IMG/VR virus record: IMGVR_UViG_3300004151_000009
DNA: 64,000 nt
Direction: 5' to 3' (one strand)
Origin: an uncultured virus (IMG/VR IMGVR_UViG_3300004151_000009)
Taxonomy: Duplodnaviria > Heunggongvirae > Uroviricota > Caudoviricetes
Below are positions 28,294 to 39,200 of the stretch, piece by piece (the first letter of the stretch is position 1; each line of letters starts with the position of its first letter). Under the pieces are notes generated by a model. The model searched no databases, was not told where the DNA came from, and saw only the letters and a program-made list of their open reading frames with translations. The position numbers and the translations under genes are program-made.

Positions 28294-28698
28294 CTAGTCC
28301 GCTCCAACGCTCAAGGCCCCAATGGCGAACTGCGGCTGAATGCCAGCACTCACGTTCAGCGTTGCGGACAACGCACCACTCACGAGCATCGCAACGGCCC
28401 CGCTTGCGGTGTCCACCACGGCGAAATGCGTGACGGCGTTCGTCCCGGCAGTGCAAGCCCCGAACTGGATCAGCGCGGCATTGGTGAAAGTCGAGCCACC
28501 ATCAGTCCAGGCGGAAGCCTTGGTCAACGCAACACGAGCGTAGCCGGTGTAGGTGGCCTCGTTGGCAATGCTACCGGCCTCGCCCGGGTCAGCAGTGAAC
28601 AGCGCAAGGTACTGCGTGGCCCCGGTACGCCAGGAGGGGTCTTCCCCACCAAGAACCATGCTCAAAACCGCATTTTCAGTATCATTGGACATAGACAT
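28294..28698 (-). CDS. Phage virion structural protein (fibre/baseplate-like small domain)
   Basis: YLALFTADPGEAG...YTGYARVA...IQF...VTHFAV pattern. Confidence 0.65.
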   Translation of the reverse strand: MSMSNDTENAVLSMVLGGEDPSWRTGATQYLALFTADPGEAGSIANEATYTGYARVALTKASAWTDGGSTFTNAALIQFGACTAGTNAVTHFAVVDTASGAVAMLVSGALSATLNVSAGIQPQFAIGALSVGAD

Positions 28699-28741
28699 GC
28701 TAGAGTCTCCTGTTTAAGATGGTTGAAGTTAATTTCAAAAA

Positions 28742-29320
28742 CTAAAGGGCAAATATTAAAGCCTCCAAGTCAGCACAACGTCTGAACCAGCCTTTCTTGA
28801 ACTTCTGAAGCACGGGGTTATTGGCTATGATGCTGTTGTAGAACTTCCGCCTTTCCTCGATGAAACGTATGGCAAATGTCCTATCTGCTTCCGGGTTGGA
28901 ACAGATAGCCTTTACAGCCTTTATGGTTTTAGGCCCGATCTTGCCGTCAATGGCTACCGTATGCCCAGAGTAGAAGTTACAAATCTGCTGAAGGATGCGG
29001 GACGCCCTCCCGCCACCGGCGTTGATAGCCGTGTCATAGAAGACGATGGACGCAAAAAACGGGAAGGAATCAAGATCGTAGTTATCCCAGAAGAAGTCTT
29101 TGTAGAGACGAAGCGCATCCTCTTTGGTCAGATGCTTGATGTCAGCCTTATCAATGTCTCCATCACCGTCGATATCTCCATCTTTAAGAGGTAGACCAGA
29201 TAGAAACCGAAGACTGATACCCATATTAGTAGCCCCACCAGAATCTCCAGCCACATCACAATAGCCGCCTTCCCACTTGAAGACAAAATCTTGTGCGAGT
29301 TCATAGCTACTCTTGTCCAT
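28742..29320 (-). CDS. Endolysin, glycoside hydrolase family 108 with peptidoglycan-binding domain
   Basis: WEGGY..GDSGGATNMGI; DTAINAG; DGKIGPKT; FKKGWFRR. Confidence 0.9.
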   Translation of the reverse strand: MDKSSYELAQDFVFKWEGGYCDVAGDSGGATNMGISLRFLSGLPLKDGDIDGDGDIDKADIKHLTKEDALRLYKDFFWDNYDLDSFPFFASIVFYDTAINAGGGRASRILQQICNFYSGHTVAIDGKIGPKTIKAVKAICSNPEADRTFAIRFIEERRKFYNSIIANNPVLQKFKKGWFRRCADLEALIFAL

Positions 29321-29332
29321 CTTACACCCCCA

Positions 29333-29593
29333 CTATTCATTGGTGGTTTTATCAAGTTCTTCGTACTTTTTGCTTACAACCTTGAAGAGGATAGCTATGA
29401 CAGAGGTTGCCAAAGTGCTTACCTCCCCAATCCCTAGTGGGATGAAAGTCTGGGACATAAGAGAAAGATATGCCCAAATAGACAGAATGAGAGTAGATGC
29501 CAAGACACAATAAGCAACAACGCCAGCCACAAGGATTCTCGTAGACGATGGGTTGCCATTATCATCCTCAAACACCTGTCTCCAGAAGCCCAT
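29333..29593 (-). CDS. Putative holin
   Basis: GNPSSTR followed by two TM helices and a charged tail; directly upstream of the endolysin. Confidence 0.7.
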   Translation of the reverse strand: MGFWRQVFEDDNGNPSSTRILVAGVVAYCVLASTLILSIWAYLSLMSQTFIPLGIGEVSTLATSVIAILFKVVSKKYEELDKTTNE

Positions 29594-30048
29594 TACTTCA
29601 CCCCTATCTGGTCAAGTGTGTATTTCAGGTAGCCAAACATGGTCAGCCCTATTGCCGATATAGCAGTGCCCAACCACAGCACTTTCTTGTAAGCTGCGTG
29701 CATCTCTTTGACGGGGGTGGACGCCTCTTCCACGGCCTCTTTGAGGCTCTTCAGGAGGTCTTCCTCCCGCCTGATTTCGCGCTCTACAGCCAGGGCGGTG
29801 CGGGAAGAGCACTCTCTGTCATGTGTCTGGAAACACACAGAAATGGTTTCTTCATGCTCACCGATATGCTCTTTCAGTAGTTTTCGGATGTCCTCATTTT
29901 CGGGGACGGTATCCAGGGTTTCCAGTATTCTCACAACGCTGTTAGAGATGCCTGCCAATGCTTGGGTGTTTCTAGCCACCTCTTGGGCCAGGGAATCTGT
30001 AACCTCCTTCACTAGAGAAAGGAGTTGCCGTGCCTGCTCAATATCCAC
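29593..30048 (-). CDS. Coiled-coil protein with C-terminal TM helix (lysis accessory)
   Basis: Helical cytoplasmic region, KKVLWLGTAISAIGLTMFGYL anchor; 1-nt stop/start overlaps on both sides. Confidence 0.6.
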   Translation of the reverse strand: MDIEQARQLLSLVKEVTDSLAQEVARNTQALAGISNSVVRILETLDTVPENEDIRKLLKEHIGEHEETISVCFQTHDRECSSRTALAVEREIRREEDLLKSLKEAVEEASTPVKEMHAAYKKVLWLGTAISAIGLTMFGYLKYTLDQIGVK

Positions 30049-30926
30049 TACTGACCTCTCTCTAGGTTCTGAATCTTCACCTCATTCTCCTTGAGAATTT
30101 GGTGTGTCTTTTCAGTGGCCTTGAACAACGCATCTTTCATTCTAGCCACTTCCACCTGTGCCAACTGCAACAACTCTTCTGCTTGCTGATGCCTGTATGT
30201 GACATCCCGTCCGATGGTCTGTACCTCAAGAAGTCTTCCCTGCCTGTCAAAAATGCCGACCTTCTTCCATAGCACCCATCTGTTTGAGAGTTTCGTTTCC
30301 ACACTTTCAGAGGTGGGGTTCTCCAGTGTGAGGGCTTCCACTTTATCATTGTGCATGGACATGAACTTGCCGCGCATGTAATCAGAAAGATTTGTCCCAA
30401 GAACATTCCCCAAAGACATATTCAATAAAGCACAGATGGCTTTGTTGGCGAAAGTAATGGTGCCATCGGGACGGAAACGAACAATGTAGTCAGGGGAGAG
30501 GTCAACCACAGAGTTGTACAGGTCACACTTGGATTGAAGTTCCTGTCTAAGACGGTACTTCTCTGCGGTAAGCAGTAAAACAAGCGGGAGGGTCTTCTGT
30601 TCCGTCTTCAGGACGTATGAGTCCGCCCCCGCTGCTATGGTTTCTTTGGCCGTATGCAAGTCATCGTCACTAGTGAGAACAACGATGGGGATATTCGGGC
30701 ACAGGGCTTTAACGGCATCAACACTCTGTGTGCCATAACTGTCGGGAAGGTGCAGATCGACAAGAGCTATGTCAAAGCAGCCTTCCGACAATTTGTATTT
30801 AGCATCTTCCAGGGAGCGGACGGCAGAGTACATGTAGTCTTCATCCCCCAGGCTGCGCTCTAGGAGTTTTTGGACTACAAGGATTTGTGTCAGATCGTCT
30901 TCTATGTGCAGTACGCGAAAGCTCAT
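30048..30926 (-). CDS. Receiver (REC)-PAS-coiled coil signalling protein
   Basis: REC with E9-D10-D11, D57, T85, K107; PAS with SPD.IV...DG.ITFAN...IGRDVT; helical tail with no enzymatic or DNA-binding output. Confidence 0.88.
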   Translation of the reverse strand: MSFRVLHIEDDLTQILVVQKLLERSLGDEDYMYSAVRSLEDAKYKLSEGCFDIALVDLHLPDSYGTQSVDAVKALCPNIPIVVLTSDDDLHTAKETIAAGADSYVLKTEQKTLPLVLLLTAEKYRLRQELQSKCDLYNSVVDLSPDYIVRFRPDGTITFANKAICALLNMSLGNVLGTNLSDYMRGKFMSMHNDKVEALTLENPTSESVETKLSNRWVLWKKVGIFDRQGRLLEVQTIGRDVTYRHQQAEELLQLAQVEVARMKDALFKATEKTHQILKENEVKIQNLERGQ

Positions 30927-30964
30927 GCCGTCCCCTTAATGGTTTTTTGAAGTTGACTTCAATC

Positions 30965-31279
30965 CTACTTGTTTGTGGCTTCCCGCAACTCTTTGAGTCT
31001 GGTGTTCTGTGCCCTAGCAGCCTCGTACTTTACGAACAATTTTTCAGCCCAATCCTTCAACTTCGTTATGTTTTCCATAAAAATTTCAGAGTTCAGTTCG
31101 GACTCTAGAGGTTCGTCCTGCACCATCTCCTGGTACTGCGGGCGGGGAATTTCGGGAAGGTCAAGCATCGCCTGCCCGATTTCAATCTTAGCCGGGCCGG
31201 TGGTGGGCACCCCCGCGCAGCCACTAATTGAAAATGTGAGTACGAAGATAACCAACAAGGTCTTTACTAGACTTTTCAT
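30965..31279 (-). CDS. o-spanin (Rz1-like lipoprotein)
   Basis: Signal peptide with lipobox ISG-C, Pro-rich segment, overlaps the i-spanin 3' end. Confidence 0.7.
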   Translation of the reverse strand: MKSLVKTLLVIFVLTFSISGCAGVPTTGPAKIEIGQAMLDLPEIPRPQYQEMVQDEPLESELNSEIFMENITKLKDWAEKLFVKYEAARAQNTRLKELREATNK

Positions 31280-31628
31280 CTAGGACTCCTTTCTCTATCG
31301 CTTCCTTGGCGGGGATGTAAGTCCGCTTTTCAATTACAGTTGTTTTAGCAGACGCCCTATCAACCCGCTTATCACATTCAATATCCATCTTCCCAACAAG
31401 TTCCTTCAGGCTGGTGACATCAATGGTCAACTCTTTCTTCCTGATTTCAGCTAGATTCAACTTCTCCTGCAAGGACACTTTTTGGGCTTCAAGTTTGTCG
31501 ATAGATGCCTTGAGGTTGTCAATGGTATTCCCCTGCTGGTAGGCTCGAAATACCAGAAAGAGAATAACTAGGACAACTGCCGCGTACCCCATGAGTTTTG
31601 CATTTGTTATTCCGAACATACTACCCAC
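31224..31628 (-). CDS. i-spanin (Rz-like)
   Basis: N-terminal TM helix followed by a coiled coil. Confidence 0.7.
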   Translation of the reverse strand: MGSMFGITNAKLMGYAAVVLVILFLVFRAYQQGNTIDNLKASIDKLEAQKVSLQEKLNLAEIRKKELTIDVTSLKELVGKMDIECDKRVDRASAKTTVIEKRTYIPAKEAIEKGVLDEKSSKDLVGYLRTHIFN

Positions 31629-32525
31629 CTACCCTATAAGTGTTCCAGTTATCCTAGAAGATGCAAAGACTGAGGAACTGGCCGCCGTTTGCTGTCTATA
31701 ATACAAACTGAGTGTTCTTTTTCCAGTAGTCAACACGGGGCTGTGAATAGCTGCGACACTTAAATAGTCGCCACTCGCGTAGCCAGTCGCAATCGTATCA
31801 GGAAGAACTTTTGTAGCAGACACCATATCATAGACTGAAAAGATACTCTTAAAGCTGTTGTTTGCATATTGGGCATACACATTTATCCCTATGGTAGTGG
31901 CTTCTTCACCCCAAGATAGGATATCTATTCTGTCTACAGCATCAAATACTTCAATATCCACACTAGCAGTTGTGATATTGGTACGATCTATGGATTTAAG
32001 GGCACCAAACCCAACCGAACGCCTATTGTAGTAACTAAGGACGAGTCGCTGTTGTTCAGTGTCGGCCCAGGCGGGTCCGGTGATGGGGTAGGCCATCCCG
32101 ACAAGCGTCTTGGCAGCAGTGACAGAACTAACCATCACCGTGCCGGTAGCATCCAGGGTGGGGGTGTCTGTCAGAAACTCAAGAGTCGGGCTGGAAGCGT
32201 TAGACACATAGATATAGTACAGGATGTTTGGGGTAGCTCCAGTAGGTGCCAATGTGATACCAGCAGCAGGAATCTGAACCATAACGCCATTGATGTAAAT
32301 CCAGCCCCCATTGTAGCGGGACAACAGGAGGTTGGCTCCAGACTTCGTGAGCCGAACGCTTCCGTTAGGACGGAACATCGTGGCATTGGCAGGGGTCAGA
32401 AACTTGTCATTGCTAGTAGCCGCAAGAATCTCGGCAGAAGATGCAGGAACCGCCCCCGTAAACGCCTGTTTCGGGAGGGCAGCAGACAACTCCCTACGAA
32501 ACCAGTTTCTCAAATTGATAGCCAT
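31629..32525 (-). CDS. Tail fibre-like protein
   Basis: AS.AE..A...DKFLTPA fibre repeat; YYIY motif; T/S-rich C-terminal domain. Confidence 0.6.
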   Translation of the reverse strand: MAINLRNWFRRELSAALPKQAFTGAVPASSAEILAATSNDKFLTPANATMFRPNGSVRLTKSGANLLLSRYNGGWIYINGVMVQIPAAGITLAPTGATPNILYYIYVSNASSPTLEFLTDTPTLDATGTVMVSSVTAAKTLVGMAYPITGPAWADTEQQRLVLSYYNRRSVGFGALKSIDRTNITTASVDIEVFDAVDRIDILSWGEEATTIGINVYAQYANNSFKSIFSVYDMVSATKVLPDTIATGYASGDYLSVAAIHSPVLTTGKRTLSLYYRQQTAASSSVFASSRITGTLIG

Positions 32526-32529
32526 CGCG

Positions 32530-32826
32530 CTATACCCCCAGATAAGTGATTATGCCAGACATGATAAGACAGGCACAAAAGGGCCACATAAAATCGTTTC
32601 TTCCATCCAAATCGTACTCTATTGGAGTCCAACCCCGCCACCAGCGAAGGTCTTTGGAGTGTATCTCGAAGTCACGTTTCTCCCTCCCCCAATAAAAGCC
32701 AATACCCAAAGCCGCACCGGCCCACCAATTACCAGTGGAGAAGCCAACTATCAGTTGCAGCAGCAAGGCAATAGCGGCGTGAATCACGCCATTCAGAAGT
32801 AGTTTGCTTGTCATGGCTAGGCCCAT
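32530..32826 (-). CDS. Small membrane protein
   Basis: Hydrophobic segments with H, GRE and D..WP motifs. Confidence 0.55.
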   Translation of the reverse strand: MGLAMTSKLLLNGVIHAAIALLLQLIVGFSTGNWWAGAALGIGFYWGREKRDFEIHSKDLRWWRGWTPIEYDLDGRNDFMWPFCACLIMSGIITYLGV

Positions 32827-33137
32827 GTCCCAACATTCGGGGGGCGGTCAACGATCTCGACACCACAGGTCCGAACGGCGTCCGCAAGTTCAGTGTCGTA
32901 ACACCGCAAGGCAGCATAGACCCCAGGAAGAAACGTCGTGGGGGTCAGTTCGTTGCCCTCTTCATCATAGGTGCCCGGAACGTCCACGACGGCTCCCAGG
33001 TAGTGTAGGGCGTGTCGCGGGGAGGCAGTCACAAATTCCCCCTCAAATGTCAGGCCGGGGGCTGGCAGGATAGTCACAGACGCCAGTGCGTCGTACATAT
33101 CCTCGTAGTCAAGTGTTCCAATATAGAGGTCAATCAT
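32817..33137 (-). CDS. Hypothetical fibre-associated protein
   Basis: GTYDEEGNELTP motif; directly follows the fibre gene. Confidence 0.55.
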   Translation of the reverse strand: MIDLYIGTLDYEDMYDALASVTILPAPGLTFEGEFVTASPRHALHYLGAVVDVPGTYDEEGNELTPTTFLPGVYAALRCYDTELADAVRTCGVEIVDRPPNVGTWA

Positions 33138-33147
33138 TATCCGCTCC

Positions 33148-35244
33148 TTACAGGGTCAACGCCTGGAGTTGGGAAGATGTTAAGGCACGGGGGTAGTAGA
33201 CAACACTGGCAATAGTACCCTGCCACATATTTGCTGCTGTGGTGGGGCTGCCAAGACGCAATGTTGTCAGTCCTGTGGGAACACCCCCGGCGGTGTCAGT
33301 CAACACTGTGGCTCCATTGATTGTAAACTTGAAGTCGTTTGCCTTCCATGAGAAAGCACAGAAGAACTCCGTATTATTTGGGATAACCGTGGTGCCGAGT
33401 GAAACAACGGTGGAACCACCAGTGACAACGGAAGCCGTGACTGCTTTGTTGGTGCCTCTGTTGATGTATATTCTATTACTTGTGGTTCCATCATCCAAGT
33501 GAACAAGGAGTTCGTTGCTCACCGGGGCGTTCATTGGTGTTCTGGCCCGGACAACAACAGTACCTTCGGAGGTGTTAAAATCTATGCCTGACAGCAGGAC
33601 AGTAGCGACATCCGCAGCCCTAGTAACAGTCGCATACGTGGTGTCTATGTAACTGGTTGGGATGGAGCCAGACTCAATCTGCGCTTGCGAGGCATAAACA
33701 CCATAACCAACGGTGCCCGCATAAGTAGCCACACCATAAGTCGTGACAGTTGTACCATTATACATACTCAGTGTGCCACGCAATTGCGTTGAGGTAGCAT
33801 CGACGATACAGGACACAGAGCAAAGCCAGTAGCCATCCCCCGCATAACGCATCTTAGCGGTGGGGAGAGTGCCACTGCCAGCGACGGTAGCGACATCCCA
33901 AGTGGCTGCATCCGTCCCGGCAGCACTACAAGTACCAGTGGTGAGGTCAAAAAAAGCATTGACACCATTTGTCCAACCGTTATGCACCAGACCAAGACGC
34001 ACAACATTTCTCTCAGCGGCTTTCAGTTTGACGCTAAAAACCTGTAGTGTGTTAGCGGTAACGATCACTAGGGGGGTTGCCCAGGAATACGCTAAGGTTC
34101 CAGTTGTTTCACAGATTTTTTCGGCGTTTGTTGCGCCGTCCGGGCCTGTGGTAGCGTTGGGAGTGACAGTTGTATTTGTGGGGAGGTGCATGTCCACAAT
34201 GGCACTGTAGGTACCTGACGCTGTAGACGTATCACCAGTGACAGTCCCAGAGAAAGTGCCGGTAACAGTCTTGAGTCCCAGATAAGTGGTGGTTCCAGCA
34301 GTCACATGGACAACAACACCAGCAGCCCCCCCGCCGCGCACAGTCTCACCCACCTGGAAAGTGCCAGTAACACTGGTGAGGGCCAGACGCTTGGTGACTT
34401 CCAGCATATTGGAGTACGGGCACAGATTTGTGGCAGCCGCTTCGATGAGCAGCCCATCACAAGTACCGGCGGTGACATCGAACGGAAACCGTGGGACATC
34501 CACGGCCTTGCTGGTGATAAGTCCGTTCTGGTTGATATCCGTCCCGGTTGACGCCCTGGAGTATCCAACAATCGCGGGAAGGGCCTTCGCATCAGCAAAA
34601 GGCAGCACCATAGCAGGGGTCACGGTGGGAAGGTCAGGGACCAGAGAAGCCAACCCGGCGGGGTGGATAGCTAGAGCCGAAGACGTTCCATCCAACGTCT
34701 CAGCAGCAGTGGCGAGTTCCACCAAACCAGTGCGTGTCTCATTGGCAGTCCTGTCGAGAATAGCCTGGATGGACGGGGGGAAGAACACCTCTGTGCCTGT
34801 GGGGGTGTCGGTGAAATCATAGACAGAGGGGATGGTAAAAATAGACCAATCTGCAAGGGTAGCAGCCTCCCCCACCATGCCAGAGACAGCCACAACCAGA
34901 GTTGTCACAGAATAACTGGTGACACTCCCGGTCATGCCTTTCTGGTTAGTCTCGTTCCAGATGACCACCTGAATACCAGGAACAAAGGATTTTCCAGAAG
35001 CAATCGTGAGAGTCACACTGCCAGAGGACACCATAGCCAACGAGGTGGTGGAGGCAGCAGTCAGCCCGTTACCGCCGCTGGAAGCGGACAGCGTAGCCAG
35101 ACTGTTGATCTCGGTAATGACAGCATTGATCTGTTCCGTCAGGACAGGCAACGCCCCCAAAAAGGCATCCGCTTTGGTAGCAAAATTGGAGGGGTTACTT
35201 TTGGAAGGCGGATCAATCAGTTCCGTGATTTGAGCAATAGCCAT
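33148..35244 (-). CDS. Tail fibre / receptor-binding protein with C-terminal LamG-like domain
   Basis: P.NF..KADAF N-terminus; GLVELAT.AE repeat; SRAS, PRF, GLLIE..TNL, QIE.G.PTSYI.T...TRAAD, YYPRALT. Confidence 0.75.
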   Translation of the reverse strand: MAIAQITELIDPPSKSNPSNFATKADAFLGALPVLTEQINAVITEINSLATLSASSGGNGLTAASTTSLAMVSSGSVTLTIASGKSFVPGIQVVIWNETNQKGMTGSVTSYSVTTLVVAVSGMVGEAATLADWSIFTIPSVYDFTDTPTGTEVFFPPSIQAILDRTANETRTGLVELATAAETLDGTSSALAIHPAGLASLVPDLPTVTPAMVLPFADAKALPAIVGYSRASTGTDINQNGLITSKAVDVPRFPFDVTAGTCDGLLIEAAATNLCPYSNMLEVTKRLALTSVTGTFQVGETVRGGGAAGVVVHVTAGTTTYLGLKTVTGTFSGTVTGDTSTASGTYSAIVDMHLPTNTTVTPNATTGPDGATNAEKICETTGTLAYSWATPLVIVTANTLQVFSVKLKAAERNVVRLGLVHNGWTNGVNAFFDLTTGTCSAAGTDAATWDVATVAGSGTLPTAKMRYAGDGYWLCSVSCIVDATSTQLRGTLSMYNGTTVTTYGVATYAGTVGYGVYASQAQIESGSIPTSYIDTTYATVTRAADVATVLLSGIDFNTSEGTVVVRARTPMNAPVSNELLVHLDDGTTSNRIYINRGTNKAVTASVVTGGSTVVSLGTTVIPNNTEFFCAFSWKANDFKFTINGATVLTDTAGGVPTGLTTLRLGSPTTAANMWQGTIASVVYYPRALTSSQLQALTL

Positions 35245-35257
35245 CGAATCCTCCTCG

Positions 35258-36205
35258 TTATATCAGACCTTCAACGGTCAGGCTGCACTCATCAATAGAG
35301 CCGGGATGTTTTGTCTTGATGACCACCCCGAAATCCTTAATAAACCCATAAACAATCAGGGCTTGCATGGAGTCGTTATAACTATCTTCGTTGTCGAGAA
35401 TCCAAACACAGGGTTTGGCACGAAGACTCTTCATAAACTTTGAGATGGTGTCCGTAACGGAGTTCGAGATGTAGAGCATCACATCCAAAACATCTCTATA
35501 AGCCCCCTGCTTCAAGTAGATATCTCCGAAACTGTTCTCTTCCTTAACGGAGAAGTCGATTATTCCAGAACTGATATCTTGCCCGACATCACCGATATAC
35601 TTGGTCATCCCGTGCTTGATGATACCCGCACTAGAAGTACCTCCGGGGGTGTTGACCTGAATGAACAGGTGTGTCCCATACCCAGGGGGGTAGTCCCAAA
35701 GTATTTTGTCTTTATAAGTGCTGTCCGTAAAAAAGTAATCATACCAATCAACTATGTTTGAGTCATCTATGAGAGATATCGTCTCCCATTTAATGGCTCC
35801 TGACATGTCCGCAGGGTACAGACTTAAAGATACAGAGGCACCTTCCAAGTTCAGCAGTGCAACAGATGAGGTGCGTGTTGCGTCCAACTCATACTGAACA
35901 CGCTCTGACTGCACAGTAGTGGTGTTGACGTAGGGATCGAAGGCTTTCCATCTGTTGGTGTACCCGACTTCAGCCCACTTCGGGGTGTCAGCAAGGACAT
36001 CCGTGGGGGGGTAGTTTCCAACATTACCAGCAGTAAGAGACTCGTATATCTTGTGTGTAGCCACGACACAGACGCGGGCTTCGTTCGCATAGGTGGTTCC
36101 TGCTACATAGATAGCAGGATCACCATTTGCAGTGTCCGGTTCTGGGATGTTAGAACTGAGAAGTATCGCATCAGTGACATCAACCGGGTTGATTACGGTA
36201 GCCAT
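35258..36205 (-). CDS. Minor tail (tail tip) protein
   Basis: Directly downstream of the tape measure; W..G.TNRW.FD, DWYDYFF, IIDFS.KE..FG motifs. Confidence 0.65.
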   Translation of the reverse strand: MATVINPVDVTDAILLSSNIPEPDTANGDPAIYVAGTTYANEARVCVVATHKIYESLTAGNVGNYPPTDVLADTPKWAEVGYTNRWKAFDPYVNTTTVQSERVQYELDATRTSSVALLNLEGASVSLSLYPADMSGAIKWETISLIDDSNIVDWYDYFFTDSTYKDKILWDYPPGYGTHLFIQVNTPGGTSSAGIIKHGMTKYIGDVGQDISSGIIDFSVKEENSFGDIYLKQGAYRDVLDVMLYISNSVTDTISKFMKSLRAKPCVWILDNEDSYNDSMQALIVYGFIKDFGVVIKTKHPGSIDECSLTVEGLI

Positions 36206-36208
36206 GCT

Positions 36209-39200
36209 CTAAGCCTCCGTCAGTTCGGCGGCGTAGTTGGACCGCTCAATGGCTTTGTTGGTTCTGTAGGTGTGCCCGGCAATGGCCGCTGTGTTATCCA
36301 CAACCTTACGGGTCAATTCGGCCATGTCCTGATTCATCTGGTAGATAGCAGCCACAACATCTTCACTGCTGCCCCCTGTCATTCCGTTGATCCTGACCGG
36401 GATAGCTCCCCCGGACAGGGGCACAATGGCTTCCGGGCCAGCCTCCCCGACTGTAGCCAGGGTGCGCTCGTACACAATCCCGCCTGTAGCATATTCGGGA
36501 AGGTCAACAACAAGGTTCATCCAGTAGTTCAACTGATTCTGGAGGGAGTTGACCTGATTCATGATCTGCTGGTATTCCTGCATGTACATCATGAAGGCCA
36601 TCGGAACACCCATCATCATAGCCATCATAGCCATCTGCTGCTTAGAAGCGGCCTGACTCTGCAACCCCGCAATAGACTGCGAAAGGGCCTCAATGTTGGT
36701 CTGCTTCAGCAGGTAGGTGGAGATAGCCTGGAAGTAACTAGCCATCTGATCGGCAGCAGCGTTCTGCTCCTCTTCCAAGGCATACAGGCGTTCAGCCTCC
36801 TTCCTGCGTTCGGCTATATTCAACTCCAGCCAGGAGATGTACTCTTCCTGCCCGACTTCGATCTGGTCAATCAGGGCGTCCCACTGCGACTGATCGGTAA
36901 CACCAGCAGCGATAGACTCCAGTTTGAGAACCATCTTATCGGAGACATCAACATCCTGCCCGGTGTACTTCTCCAAGGACTCCAACGCATCCACAGAAGA
37001 CAGCAGCAGTCTGGCCTGATCCTGCGACAAGTTGTCGGTGTTCAACGTACCAGCCAACAACTGCTTCAGGTCAGAGGAGGACATCAAATCATTGTACGTT
37101 GACTTAGCCAGGGCCTTAAACGAGGCTTCTGTCATGTCTCCTTCAGCGGTGTCCTTGGCGGCATCGGACATCTTAGCCAACTTCTCAAACAGCGCATTGG
37201 CATCGGCCACGAACTTGGAATCCGGGCTGTCCGACTGAAGTTCTTCCTGCACACGAGTCAGCAAATCAGACTCGTTGGTGTAAAGGTCGCTGGCGACTCC
37301 CCCGTACTCACCCTGCAACTCAGAGCGGGTGGCAGCGTTCCCAAGGCGGGAAAGCGTTCTGGCCTCAAGGACGTTGTAGTCGCTGTACGACATGGTTTTC
37401 TTGGCGGATTCCAACATCTTCTCCGCAAGTTCGGGGAGGTTCCCCATGGCCTCTTGGGCATCCGCACTAAAGTCCTTCATAGCAGTGCTGAAGTCAGTGT
37501 TGAACTCTGCACGCGCTTTGGTGAACTTCTCAAGCGGGGTGGTGGTATCTTCTGTGATGCTTTCGATAGCATCCCGCAAAGACTTGCCAAAGGCTTCAAA
37601 CGCGGTAGCCGAAGCAGACGCCTCTGCGGCCAAATCCTGCAACGCGGCTATCTGGTGTGCAACAGAATCCTTCAGCTTCTTGGTCAGGGAGGTAAGGTCA
37701 TCCTCATCGCTTTCCTGCCCGCGAAGTTCACGCAGTTTGGCTTCCATCTCATAAATCTGAGTCTCAACCAGGGCAGCTTGCTGTGCGTAGGTAGCATTGT
37801 TCTTGCGTGCATCCGCAAGTTCCTGCTCCATCGTGATAGCCCAACGGGTCATCTCAGCACCCGCAGTCTGCTCATCAGCAATCTGCCTACGGTACTTCAG
37901 TTCTGCATCCCAAGCGTAGTTGGAGAACTCAATATCAGCCAACGCCTGTTCGGCCTCTTCCAGGTTGGCGACATTCTGAGCAATCGCAACCCAATCGTCG
38001 AAGATCGAGGCAGGCATAGACTCGTTCATCGCCGCAGCATACGCAGCCCAGAAAGCGTCGGTGTTGTCCCCAATCCAATCCGTGTCAAAATTGGGAAGGA
38101 GACTCCCAAGGTCGGTAAGCCCGGAAGTGAACTGCGACTTGTAGTAGTTCACATTGGCATTAGCTCTAGCTTCATTCCCCATCGCGTAGTTGGAGAACAC
38201 GGTCATGGCCTGCTGGAAGGCATCCTCCCCGCCAGCAGCATCAATCAACTGTTCGGAATACTGAGCCAGGACGATGTTGGTCAACTGCTTGCGGTACTGC
38301 TCAAAGTAACGAACAACTTCAGCACCAGACTCGCCAACGGCCCGAAGGCTATCAGTGAGTTCGTCCGTGGTGTCCGCTTGGTTCTGCATAGCCTCTGTGA
38401 TGACACCCACCCCGGCATTAAAGCCGGTAGCAATGGCAGCATAAGACAGGATCACCGCGTCGGTGGCACCGGCCATCTTGGCTAAGTCGATACCAAGAGG
38501 CTCAACCAGGGGGGAGACAGTACCGAAGGCTTTAGCCAACCGAATCAAGGTCTGGTCCAGGCTTTCCATGCCCTGCTTGAACAACTTGACCATGTAACTC
38601 ATCTCGCCCATAGCCTGTGCAGCCGCATTGTCCTTCATGTTGTAGGACACCATCGGGGCCAGTTTATCAGGAACGCCCATAGCCTGGAAGGAGAAGTTAC
38701 GGTCCCAATTCTGGTTGAAACCGATATCTAACACCTTCATGGACTGATTGATGTCTTTCACTGTTTTTTTGAAACGCAGGCGTTCCTCTTCCATCTCCAT
38801 CGGATCAAGACCAGATGTTTGGGTGCTGCCGTCACTCATCTGGGTGACACCAAAACCAGAGAAAGAGCCGTTGGAGAACATCAGAGACTTACCAGACCAC
38901 ACTTCGGAGGGTGGCTTCTTCTTCTCTTCTTCGGCCATCGAACTGAAAAGGGTCACAAGGCCACCAACGGCCATCGTTATCCCACCAATTAACTGCCCAC
39001 CGGGGATCATGGAGATGATGCCACCAGCAGTCATCAACCCGCCCCCAATGCTCTGCATGGCGTTACCAGAGGTCAGCCCACCGATGGCTGTACCAGCCCC
39101 GGCGGCAACGGCCATCACGTTGGCACCATTGACATTCCAACCGCTACCAGCAGACTTCCCACCGTTAGAGAACGCATTGCCGCCATAACCTGCCGTCAGG

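Noticed and set aside
31629..35244. Diversity-generating retroelement or invertible fibre cassette
   Set aside because: No reverse transcriptase, template/variable repeat pair, invertase or flanking inverted sites seen.
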